Assembly: GCA_044356455.1 (NCBI GenBank)
Contig: JBIKWF010000051.1
Coordinates: forward strand, 1 to 28,577
Length of the DNA: 28,577 nucleotides
Direction of reading: 5' to 3'
From: Bdellovibrionota bacterium
GTDB taxonomy: Bacteria; Bdellovibrionota_C; UBA2361; JBGSMV01
In this document: in pieces, positions 8,682 through 17,306 of the stretch
Position numbering within the stretch: position 1 is the first letter of the stretch
Layout: the number at the start of each line of letters is the position of its first letter
Notes under the pieces: model-generated
Seen by the model: the letters and a program-made list of their open reading frames with translations, nothing else
The model's database searches: none
Told to the model about the DNA's origin: nothing
Made by a program: the position numbers and the translations under genes

Positions 8682-9362
8682 ATGGAAAGAAAAGTAACCT
8701 ACACTTTCGAATTAGAGAACGGCTCGCGCTGGGAGTATCAGCTCATGTTTGACGCCGAGCACCGCTATATCCCGCCGCCCCAGGCTGCCCCAAGAGAATG
8801 GACGCGGCTCGATTTTAATAAATGCCCGCATTGTCCTCTGCAATCTAGCTCGTCTCCTCAGTGTCCCGTGGCGCGAAACTTAGATAGCGTTGTTGAAGAT
8901 TCTAAATCTACCCTCTCTTATACGCGTGCAGTGGTAACGGTTGTTACCAAAGAGAGGAGTTACTCTAAGGCCTGCGCCACTCAAGAGGGGCTTCGCTCTC
9001 TGTTTGGGCTTCTTATGGCCTCAAGTGGTTGTCCACATCTTGATTGGCTTCGCCCTTTGGCGCGCTTTCATCTCCCGTTCGGTGATGCGGACGAAAGTCT
9101 CTTTCGCATTCTCTCGCTTCAGCTTCTCGAGGCTTATTTCTCGGGGAAGGGGGACTCTATGTCTCAGTGCGCCAAGGAAATAGAAACACGCTACAAAAAA
9201 GTTGAAGCAGTGAACCATACGTTCAAAAAACGCATTCGTGATCACTGCGAGAAAGATGCCGATAAGAATGCTATTGCCGCGTTAGATGTGTTCGTGCAGA
9301 TGTTCAACTTTCAGGCCGAAAGCAATTTCAGTTCTTTGAGGAAGTACTTTTCTCCCAAGTAG
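8682..9362 (+). CDS. DUF6901-like Cys-containing protein
   Basis: GGAGG-type spacing not clear, but motifs WT.L...KCPHCPL..CP.A and SL.GL.MASSGCP....RP.ARFHLPF are characteristic of DUF6901. Confidence 0.75.
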   Translation: MERKVTYTFELENGSRWEYQLMFDAEHRYIPPPQAAPREWTRLDFNKCPHCPLQSSSSPQCPVARNLDSVVEDSKSTLSYTRAVVTVVTKERSYSKACATQEGLRSLFGLLMASSGCPHLDWLRPLARFHLPFGDADESLFRILSLQLLEAYFSGKGDSMSQCAKEIETRYKKVEAVNHTFKKRIRDHCEKDADKNAIAALDVFVQMFNFQAESNFSSLRKYFSPK

Positions 9363-9513
9363 TGGGGCCTCGAGGACTTGCCACAAGCCTCCTTCTTAAG
9401 AGGGGGCTAGAAGGCTCTTCTGTCCTGTCGTGAATTCATAAAATATATTCTTTGCTTGAAAGGAATACTCTTCCCTGCCATATATCTTCAGTTGCCTTTA
9501 AAGGGGAGAAGAT

Positions 9514-11484
9514 ATGCGAAGCCTTTTTCGCTATTTCAGTATCGCGGCGGTTCTTTCGATTATTGCCGCCTCTTTTGGAGGAGGGCTTTCGGCCCATGCC
9601 GATTCGGTAAATTCCCCCAACATCACGCTCAATGTCGATACCAATAGAAACACGGGGCCGGGAGCAGGGAATGTTGCCGTCTCTCTGAACACCATTACTG
9701 TCGCAGAAACGCAGCTTGCAGAGTATAGCTCAGGAAGCGGCAAAGCTATTTCCATTTCAGTGCGCCCTGGATATCGAGTGCCTGCAGGCACCTCGATAAC
9801 GGCTCAAAGTGCGACTATCGGCTTTAATGGTGGCGGGATTAATTCGGTAGCTACCGTCGTTTCATCAGGGACCGAGAATGAAACATTCACCTTTTCACTT
9901 ACCTCGGGAACTAACGCAGGCCTGCAGGATATTATACGCTTTAATGGACTCAGAATTTTGATAGGAAGTGCACTCGGTGCGGCTGGCCCTGCGCAAAATA
10001 CGATGCAGGTTACGACGTCATCGGCGGGGGGAGCTTTCACTGGGCAGTCGATTCTGGCCGCATCTATTACGAAGGGAGCTGCAGATAGGTTAGTGTTCGT
10101 TGCGCAGCCGGGGAGCTCAAGCGCCGGCGCCGACCTCTTGCCAAGTGTTCGTATCGTGGATTTCGGCGGAAATGTAGTGACCACCGATCCGCGCACTATC
10201 TCGCTTTCGATTCAGTCAAATCCAGGTAGCGCGGTCTTGAGCGGGGTTCTTTCTCGGCTGTCAAGCAACGGTACTGCGGTGTGGAATGCCTCTGACAACC
10301 TGGCGATAACTTCAGCGGCAAGTGGCTACACTCTGTTGGCTTCTCATTCAGGTAATAGTTTTCTCTCGGGTGATACCGTTGAAAGTGCGGCATTTGCCAT
10401 CACCGCAGGTAATCCAGGTGGGCTGGCATTCGAAACCCAGCCAACGGAGGTTTCGGCGGGCGGGGACATTATTACGGTAGTAAAGGTAGTTGATGAATTC
10501 GGCAATCTTGTGACCAATGTTCCTACCGAGATCTCGCTTGATTCTCTCTCTCCCAATGCGAATTGGCCACTTTTGGTAGAGACTAGTCTGACCAAAACAT
10601 CCTCGGCGGGCCTTGCGGCGTGGGGTGTTTCAGACCATCTGCGAATCAATAAAGCAGTTGGCTCTTATAGTCTTGTCGCTTCCGGGTTGGGTGCGCCGAT
10701 TGAATCTAATTCCTTTAACGTGGTGCCGGGAGTTGCAAGTGTGGTGCAGTTTGTTCAGCAGCCGTCGAATGTTCGCGTTCTTGAAACCATGAGCCCTGCT
10801 GTGTCTGCTGAAATTGTGGATGCCCTGGGTAATCGCACTTCTTCTAATGCCACGGTCAGCTTGGCTTACCTTGGAACAGCCTGCTCCGGCGCGCTTACGG
10901 GGACAACAGCGCAGGCCGCAAGTGGGCTCGCTGAGTTCTCCTCCCTCAGTTTCGATAAGGCTTGTAGTGGCGGCGAGCTTGTAGCAAGCATCGAGTCTAC
11001 TAATCTCGTGGGGGTCTCGGACCCCTTTGATGTCAAAGCGCTCGATTCACGGACGATTGCGGTGCGGAGCGCTCGGCTCCGCACCGGTAGAAGTTTTGAG
11101 TTTTCCGCAAGTGGACCTTTCACTATATCTTCCAAGAAGATTGACGATCCTTCCAAGAGAGGAGCGGTGCTTTCAGTAACGGGCACCACGGGCACTGTGC
11201 GCTTTTCTTTGCCGAAGCAGGGATGGAAGAAAGTGGGCGCGAAGAGCTTCCAGTTTTCTGGCTCCAAATGCACGTCTGTTGTTGTCAGTCCAAGCCGCAT
11301 CTCCGCGCTCTGTAAGGGCAGAACTGGCAGCTTCTCGCTCCCTGAGCCTGGCCCTGTTGATATCGCTCTGACGCTGGGAGCAGGGACGGCTGAGTTCTGT
11401 GGACAATGCGGGGGGGCCTCGCGAGGGGACGAAACGAAGGTGTTTCGGCGGGTGAACTGTCAAGCGCCTACGCTTTGCCCCTAA
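9514..11484 (+). CDS. Secreted/surface protein with three Ig-like (invasin-type) repeats and a Cys-containing C-terminal domain
   Basis: GGGGAG RBS; signal peptide ending AHA; Ser/Thr/Gly/Ala-rich. Repeats begin RLVFVAQP, LAFETQP and VQFVQQP, each followed by V.(I/V)VD..GN, about 110 aa apart. Confidence 0.85.
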   Translation: MRSLFRYFSIAAVLSIIAASFGGGLSAHADSVNSPNITLNVDTNRNTGPGAGNVAVSLNTITVAETQLAEYSSGSGKAISISVRPGYRVPAGTSITAQSATIGFNGGGINSVATVVSSGTENETFTFSLTSGTNAGLQDIIRFNGLRILIGSALGAAGPAQNTMQVTTSSAGGAFTGQSILAASITKGAADRLVFVAQPGSSSAGADLLPSVRIVDFGGNVVTTDPRTISLSIQSNPGSAVLSGVLSRLSSNGTAVWNASDNLAITSAASGYTLLASHSGNSFLSGDTVESAAFAITAGNPGGLAFETQPTEVSAGGDIITVVKVVDEFGNLVTNVPTEISLDSLSPNANWPLLVETSLTKTSSAGLAAWGVSDHLRINKAVGSYSLVASGLGAPIESNSFNVVPGVASVVQFVQQPSNVRVLETMSPAVSAEIVDALGNRTSSNATVSLAYLGTACSGALTGTTAQAASGLAEFSSLSFDKACSGGELVASIESTNLVGVSDPFDVKALDSRTIAVRSARLRTGRSFEFSASGPFTISSKKIDDPSKRGAVLSVTGTTGTVRFSLPKQGWKKVGAKSFQFSGSKCTSVVVSPSRISALCKGRTGSFSLPEPGPVDIALTLGAGTAEFCGQCGGASRGDETKVFRRVNCQAPTLCP

Positions 11485-11504
11485 CGGGTTGACCCGTATT
11501 TTTT
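11484..11504 (+). terminator. Possible intrinsic terminator
   Basis: ACGGG-TTGA-CCCGT hairpin followed by ATTTTTT directly after the stop codon; the stem is short. Confidence 0.4.
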
Positions 11505-12201
11505 GCCCGCAGGAGTAATGGCGCGAAGGAGGATTTTCTTTTCAACTCCTTGGTCGGCAACGCAGATCCGTATGAGGAAGTCCCTCAGAGGTCAGCATAA
11601 GTTCGTCCGCTGCCGCGCGTATCTCCTTACCGAGGGCGGTGAACTTCTTTTTATCTTGAGTGATATCCTGCGCTAACACGAGTCTCGTTGCTCGATTTGA
11701 GATGGGCGGCGGTTCGGGAGGTTCTGGTGTTGTCGATGCTGGCGGATGTGATTTCATCCAGCCAACCTTGTATTGCTCGAGTTCCGCTTCGGCAATTCCT
11801 GATTAATCTTAGCTTGCGGACCCGCTGGAATGTCGTGAGCAAAAGAGTAGCGGCCCCAGCAAAATGCCCCATCGCCTACGCTCCTCTCGTGCTTGGGCTT
11901 GTAAGTGAGCGATATTCTTGGTGTGAAGATGCGCAAGACGCGAAATTATTCACTGTCTTTCCGAGCTTCCAAAGAGTGATTGAGAAATTACGCCGCCTGG
12001 TTTATTAAGCGCCTCCGCTCTTTAACATGATTTTGATGTGTGCACTTCACTTCTGTGTTTAACGAAAGATGCCGTGCCTAGGCGCTCATCTTGCGTGGGC
12101 AGAGCAGCGAAGTGCAGTTCCTTGAGATTAAAGGTTTTATACTTTTTTAAGATGCGCTCCTCGCGTAGCGCTTACCCCTTATCCACTTTTTTCGTGGAGA
12201 G

Positions 12202-12555
12202 TTGATGAGGGGTAGGCGCATAGCGTTGAAGAAGGGGGCCAAAGGGCAGGTCACGTTTGAGCCTGAGCTCTCTGCAGCCTGTTTTACGGTGGCGGGTTTG
12301 CCAGATCGAGTTCGCTCGTCTCGCAAAAGACACGTGACCTGTGGCTCCTCGGCCGCATCGCTTGAGTTTACCCAATCCCTGGGCAGGATGTTTTCAGACA
12401 GAGCAGACGACTCTGCTTTTCATGTGTCGCTTCCAACGACCTTGAGAGGCACCGAAAGCTCCGAGAAAACAAAGTATGAGGCAGATTTATCCGGCCTTGG
12501 AGTACCCGTGACCTCTCGAATGGGATTTCGATGTCACGGCAACTTCCATTCCTGA
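12202..12555 (+). CDS. Hypothetical protein (doubtful)
   Basis: 117-aa ORF with GGAGAG upstream of TTG/ATG in an otherwise empty gap; no recognisable motif. Confidence 0.3.
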   Translation: MMRGRRIALKKGAKGQVTFEPELSAACFTVAGLPDRVRSSRKRHVTCGSSAASLEFTQSLGRMFSDRADDSAFHVSLPTTLRGTESSEKTKYEADLSGLGVPVTSRMGFRCHGNFHS

Positions 12556-12670
12556 TCTAGGGATGACCAATAGGTGTCAAGGAACTGCCTCGCCCCTAAG
12601 CGTAAATTCGCCAAATACCCAATGTAAGCCTCGCGTTTTGAGGGAACTTATCTTTGTATGAGTCTTTGCT

Positions 12671-13993
12671 ATGGATTTATGGACTCCAGCCCAGATGCCC
12701 TCGGTGACTTCCTTCTCGTCTGACCGAGATAGTCTTGGGGCGCCATGGTTAATTCGCATACGCTGGGCTGCGGCATTTGGACAGCTGCTTGTCTTTCTGG
12801 GGGCCTTGTTTGCCTGGGGAGTTTCGCTTTCTTGGGGACCCCTTATTGCCGTCTCCTTTGTTATCGTTGTTTCGAATCTGCTGCTGCTCTTACCGCAAGG
12901 GACTCTTTGGCTACGCAAGAGGAGCTCTCAGGGCATTATTCTGAGTCTCGATGTCTTTCTTCTTACGGGGCTACTTTTCTTTTATGGAGGGCACACCAAT
13001 CCCTTCAGTATGGCCTACCTTATTCATGTAGTACTCGCAGCTCTCCTTCTGGGCGCCGGATGGACATGGGGGGTGTCTATTCTTTGCTCCATACTCTATG
13101 CCCTCCTATTTGTTTGGTATGTTCCGGTTCCTGAACTGTCTATGGGACACCATCATGGGGGAGGCGGGCCGGAATTCAATCTGCATCTTCAGGGGATGCT
13201 CGCGGGGTTCGTTTTAATATCGTTCTTAATAAGCGGTTTCCTCCAGAAAATGCGCGCAGAAATTGATTGGCGTGAAAAGGAACTCGTGCGGAGGAGATCG
13301 AATGAGGAAAAGCTCGCCGCAGTTACTACCGTTTCTGCCTCTGTGGCGCACGAACTAGGAACTCCGCTCGGCTCGATGATGCTCGTAGTAAGTGATATGC
13401 AAGAGGAGCTTAGGTCTGGCAGGAATGGCGGGGCAATTCGAGAGGATCTTGAGGTAATTCGCCAGCAGCTCGAGCGCTGTGCGGAAGCGATTACGCGTCT
13501 TGGACAGAATTCTGGAGAGCTATTTGGAGAAATGCCACTTGAGTTCTCTCTTGAGAGCGTATTCAAATCTTTAGGTGAGCGACTTACTGATGGCCAGAGG
13601 GCCAGAGTCGATTTCTCGTCGGGACCGGGTTTGCGACCGGTAATTCTCCCCAAAGAGGGTCTGCAGCATGTGCTCCATGCTCTTGTCAAAAACGCCCTTG
13701 AGGCGAGCGGGGAGCAAACAAGGGTACTTGTGTCTGGGGAGGAGAAGGGGGAAGCCCTCTGCCTCCGCATTCAAGATTCCGGAGCGGGGATGAGTCAAGA
13801 GGATCTCAAACGGGTAGGCGAGCCTTTTTTCACTACCAAGGATAGCGGAAGGGGCATGGGACTTGGCCTTTTCATCGCCAAGCTCTTCACTGAACGCTTG
13901 GGCGGAACTTTCGATATTGTGAGTACTTTGGGTATGGGCACGCGGGTCGAGATGCAACTGCCGCGGGTTACTTCTTGGAAAGCAACGCCATGA
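12671..13993 (+). CDS. regB: RegB/PrrB/ActS-family sensor histidine kinase
   Basis: Multi-TM N-terminus with L..IRW and GGHTNPF (GGxxNPF motif); H-box AHELGTPL; N box KNALEA; G boxes DSGAGM, EPFFTTK and GMGLGL. Confidence 0.92.
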   Translation: MDLWTPAQMPSVTSFSSDRDSLGAPWLIRIRWAAAFGQLLVFLGALFAWGVSLSWGPLIAVSFVIVVSNLLLLLPQGTLWLRKRSSQGIILSLDVFLLTGLLFFYGGHTNPFSMAYLIHVVLAALLLGAGWTWGVSILCSILYALLFVWYVPVPELSMGHHHGGGGPEFNLHLQGMLAGFVLISFLISGFLQKMRAEIDWREKELVRRRSNEEKLAAVTTVSASVAHELGTPLGSMMLVVSDMQEELRSGRNGGAIREDLEVIRQQLERCAEAITRLGQNSGELFGEMPLEFSLESVFKSLGERLTDGQRARVDFSSGPGLRPVILPKEGLQHVLHALVKNALEASGEQTRVLVSGEEKGEALCLRIQDSGAGMSQEDLKRVGEPFFTTKDSGRGMGLGLFIAKLFTERLGGTFDIVSTLGMGTRVEMQLPRVTSWKATP

Positions 13994-14508
13994 AATACCT
14001 TGTGGTAGATGATGACGAAACTTTTAGGGAGCGCTTGGTGCTCGCCTTGAAGAGGCGAGGGGATGAGGCGTACGCAGCTGCAACGGCTAGAGAGGGGCGC
14101 GAGCTCGCGGTCCTCAATGCCCCCGATCGGGCGATTGTAGATCTTCGCATGCCTGGAGAGACAGGTTTACAGCTTATCTCATGGCTTAGGGAAGATCATC
14201 CCGCCATGCCTATCGTGGTACTCACGGGTTTTGGAAGTATTGCGACGACCCAAGAGGCGATTTTGAGGGGGGCGCATAGTTACCTAACTAAACCTTGCTC
14301 GATAGAGCGAATACTGCTCGCATTCAGCCCCGAGCCACCTAGCGCCGTTCGACCACTTCCCATCCCTACACTGGATCAAGTCGAGTGGGAGCACGTACAA
14401 CGAGTTCTAGCGGATTTTGAGGGAAATGTAACTCATGCCGCTAAGGCTTTGGGTATGGACCGCCGCTCATTGCAGCGTCGGCTCTCCAAGGCCCCAAAAC
14501 TCAGATGA
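13990..14508 (+). CDS. regA: RegA/PrrA/ActR-family response regulator
   Basis: ATGA overlap with the kinase stop; receiver motifs LVVDDD, DLRM, LTGFGSIAT, YLTKP; Fis-type HTH VEWEHVQRVL...GNVTHAAKALGMDRRSLQRRL. Confidence 0.95.
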   Translation: MKYLVVDDDETFRERLVLALKRRGDEAYAAATAREGRELAVLNAPDRAIVDLRMPGETGLQLISWLREDHPAMPIVVLTGFGSIATTQEAILRGAHSYLTKPCSIERILLAFSPEPPSAVRPLPIPTLDQVEWEHVQRVLADFEGNVTHAAKALGMDRRSLQRRLSKAPKLR

Positions 14509-14511
14509 AGG

Positions 14512-14529
14512 TGCGGCGCAAATGCCGCA
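14512..14529. promoter_or_regulatory. Putative RegA/RegR box
   Basis: TGCGGC-GCAAAT-GCCGCA, perfect 6-bp inverted arms resembling the GCGGC-N5/6-G(T/C)CGC RegR/PrrA consensus. It lies just after regA and ~115 bp upstream of the next gene. Confidence 0.7.
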
Positions 14530-14642
14530 TCCAACTTTACTATCTCACGCGATATGCTTTCCCGGCTCGAAATAGCTCAGCGCGCGCTGAGCCGAGCAGG
14601 ATTTTCTCTTTGGGGCTGAGCCTCATAGAAAGGACGGGCGTC

Positions 14643-14954
14643 ATGTGCCCTCTGTGTTGGGCGGCTTTGGTCGCCCAGGTTTTTTTCTATGTCACACTGG
14701 GGCTGTTCCTGGTGGTGATCACTGATACGAAGGTCGGCCTCCCGCTTTCGCTGGTTTCCCTGACGATTGCGGCGGGGAACCTGTGGGACTGGTGGAGCCT
14801 GCCCGAATGGATGCTGTACGCGCTGGGGGCTTTGCTCTTGGCGCGTGGTGTCTGGGTTCTTGTTAAGCACGAGAACAACTGGGTTCGGCGCATCGCTCTT
14901 CGCATCGGTGGATGGCTGAGGCGCAAGCTTCGGCCTCTTGTGTACGGTTCTTAG
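14643..14954 (+). CDS. Small membrane protein with N-terminal CxxC (MCPLC)
   Basis: AAAGGA RBS before ATG 14643; about three hydrophobic segments; basic amphipathic C-terminus; 103 aa. Confidence 0.75.
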   Translation: MCPLCWAALVAQVFFYVTLGLFLVVITDTKVGLPLSLVSLTIAAGNLWDWWSLPEWMLYALGALLLARGVWVLVKHENNWVRRIALRIGGWLRRKLRPLVYGS

Positions 14955-15032
14955 GCTTGTGTAGGTCGTGCCTTCAAACGATCTCAAATCGTTCCTTTTG
15001 GGGGAACGAGGGTTCAAAGAGAGGTTTTACAC

Positions 15033-15692
15033 ATGTGTATGTATCACGAAGGACTCCGTCATCTTGCCACTTGGTGGCGGGACAACGGAGTGAAGGGTGT
15101 GCAGGAGCGCGACTTGGCTCTGGCCTTGGCGGTTCTGCCGGCGAAGGAGAAGTCTCACCCGTTCCTGGACTGGTTCGAGAGAAACGGGCCAGCTGGTCTC
15201 TGGCAGGTGCAGGTACTGCGCAAGGCAGCGCAGGCCTGCTCGGGCGGTCTGATGGACCAGATTCGGGAGCTTCCGGACGAGAGATGGGAGTGGGGCGTGA
15301 AGCAAGTGCTTCCGCACCTTGCCCTCGAGGACATCGCGAACCAGTGCACCGATGAGCCTCCCACCATCTTCCACTGGATGATGGTGAGGGACGGCCTCAC
15401 GGTGGAGGAGATCCTCTCCATCGGGGTTCTTCAGGGAGTTCGCCCGCGCACCACGTGCCTTAAGTGGTACGAGGAGCATAAGGGCGAGAGCGGAGAGGGC
15501 TGGCCCATTCCGCTCTTTGAGACGCTCGCGGCTCAGGTCTTCAACGGGAAGCTTCTCGACACAATCGAGGCGCTGGACTCGTCTGATGCCGGCGCCGCGC
15601 GTGGTCTCGAGCTTCTCCGCGAGATTCTCAAGGCTCCGCCGTCGTGCTGCAGTAGTTCCGCTCCGCCGAAGAAGCGAAATTGCTGTGGCTGA
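15033..15692 (+). CDS. Hypothetical protein, possibly heme-oxygenase-like diiron (HDO) fold, with Cys-Cys tail
   Basis: GAGAGG RBS; GC-ending codons; HLALED-x13-H and LFETLAAQ segments; C-terminal SCCSSSAPPKKRNCCG. Confidence 0.7.
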   Translation: MCMYHEGLRHLATWWRDNGVKGVQERDLALALAVLPAKEKSHPFLDWFERNGPAGLWQVQVLRKAAQACSGGLMDQIRELPDERWEWGVKQVLPHLALEDIANQCTDEPPTIFHWMMVRDGLTVEEILSIGVLQGVRPRTTCLKWYEEHKGESGEGWPIPLFETLAAQVFNGKLLDTIEALDSSDAGAARGLELLREILKAPPSCCSSSAPPKKRNCCG

Positions 15693-15794
15693 ACAAGTTC
15701 AATCCTGCGGGGGATGCACACACCATGCACAGGTTCACTTTACGGTTCCTTTTTCCCCCCAAGGGAACCAACTTTTATTTTGTTGGTTCCGCCA

Positions 15795-17306
15795 ATGTCG
15801 CGTGATGCCGAGATGTCAGAAAGCAAGTGCTGCGGCACCTGTGGGTGTAAATCTACCTGTGCGGTTTCTCCGCGTGTGGATGCACTCACCGCCTCAGTTC
15901 TTAGGGAGCGCTCGCTGCTCTTGCAGCAGATCCAATCCAAGGGCTCTCCTTTAAATGTGGTGATGCCCCAAACCGTGATACGTAACCACGAAGCTTTCGT
16001 CTCTGTGCTTTCGCGGAACAGTATTCGCGGGGAGGTGCTCTTTACCTCAAAACCAAACAAGTCTAAGGCCATCCTCTCAAGCCTTGCCTTGCGAGGAGCC
16101 TCTGTTGATGTTTCATCTGAAGGTGCGTTGGCTCATGCGCTCGAGTGCGGTGTCAAAAACGAGCACCTTCAATGCTCTGGTCCTAAATCAAGAGAATACC
16201 TCTCCCGCGCTCTTCTCCATGGAACTATTTTGAGTATTGATAGCTTCGATGAGTTCGATCACATGTGCCAGCTTTTGGCGAGTAATCGAAATCTGCCCGA
16301 CGCTCGATTTTTTATCCGCATCTCAGGATTTCAGTCCGATAGGATAAAATTTGCTCCTTCTGATGCTCCCTTTGGGATACGATTTGAAAAAATCCGTGAT
16401 GCGCTCGAGCGTGCCAAGAACGTAGCTCCGCGTGCGCGATTTGAGGGGATACATTTTCATCTGCTCAGCGGAGATCGCGAGGAACGCCTTGTCGCCTTTG
16501 AGAATGCCCTCGAGGGAACTCAGCAGGCCCAGAAAATGGGCTTAAGACCACGTGGCATCAATATCGGTGGCGGATTTAAGATTCAGTATGCGGCGCATGC
16601 CGAAGAGTGGCAGCGCTTTCAAAGCTACTTGCGCGCCTCGGTCCTAGGAAAGGTGAAGCCTGTTACGTGGGATGGATCGGGGCTTGGATTTCGGGCCGAG
16701 GCAGGGCGGATTGTGGGGGCAGCTGCTTTTGCCGATCACTACCCGCAGGAGACAGGGCCAGCGGCGCTTGAATCGTTTCTCTCTCAGCGCTCTCCGGTGT
16801 TTGACCATTGTACCGTGGGAGAGCTCCTTAGAGACATGATGCTCGAGCTAAGAGTTGAGCCGGGACGTGCCTTGCTCGATTGTGCGGGCATCACGGCTTG
16901 TGAAATTAACGCGGTGAAAGAGTCAGCCTCGGGACAGCCCCTCCTTATGCTGAATATGAACCATTCAAACTTATTAAGCCGAGAGCAGAAGCTGCTCACG
17001 CAGCCAATTTTTATTCCTTCAGGCCAGCGCGCGCCCTCAACGCAGAGCTATTTCTTATTTGGAAATTTGTGCATCGCAAGTGATCTAATACAGTATCAAA
17101 AAGTCTACCCCGAGTTTGAGCCGCAGCGGGGTGATGTGGTCATTTTTGTCAATACTGCAGCCTATCTCATGGACTTTGCGGAAGCGGAACTCTTGCATCA
17201 ACCAACTGCAAAGAAAATTGTTGCACTTGAAGGTGCGCAAGGCCTGAGTTTTTGTGAGGATCGCTGTCTTTCAGCGGAGGAAATTCGCTTGGAGGAACAC
17301 CTATGA
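15795..17306 (+). CDS. Y4yA-like PLP-dependent enzyme (fold-type III, diaminopimelate-decarboxylase-like)
   Basis: PLP-Lys motif FTSKPNKS, DVSS.G.L, SGPK, GIHFHL, INIGGGF, VEPGRALLD.AG, GNLCIASD, FVNTAAY.MDF.E. Start uncertain (15780-15813). Confidence 0.88.
   Translation: MSRDAEMSESKCCGTCGCKSTCAVSPRVDALTASVLRERSLLLQQIQSKGSPLNVVMPQTVIRNHEAFVSVLSRNSIRGEVLFTSKPNKSKAILSSLALRGASVDVSSEGALAHALECGVKNEHLQCSGPKSREYLSRALLHGTILSIDSFDEFDHMCQLLASNRNLPDARFFIRISGFQSDRIKFAPSDAPFGIRFEKIRDALERAKNVAPRARFEGIHFHLLSGDREERLVAFENALEGTQQAQKMGLRPRGINIGGGFKIQYAAHAEEWQRFQSYLRASVLGKVKPVTWDGSGLGFRAEAGRIVGAAAFADHYPQETGPAALESFLSQRSPVFDHCTVGELLRDMMLELRVEPGRALLDCAGITACEINAVKESASGQPLLMLNMNHSNLLSREQKLLTQPIFIPSGQRAPSTQSYFLFGNLCIASDLIQYQKVYPEFEPQRGDVVIFVNTAAYLMDFAEAELLHQPTAKKIVALEGAQGLSFCEDRCLSAEEIRLEEHL

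Noticed and set aside
8507..8683. 59-aa N-terminal extension of the hydrolase
   Set aside because: It would fill the whole divergent promoter region; the family starts at MK.A.I.HG.
14505..14642. Longer start of the small membrane protein (MKVRRKCR...)
   Set aside because: It runs through the RegA-box palindrome; the ATG at 14643 has a clear RBS. It cannot be fully excluded because of the ATGA overlap with regA.
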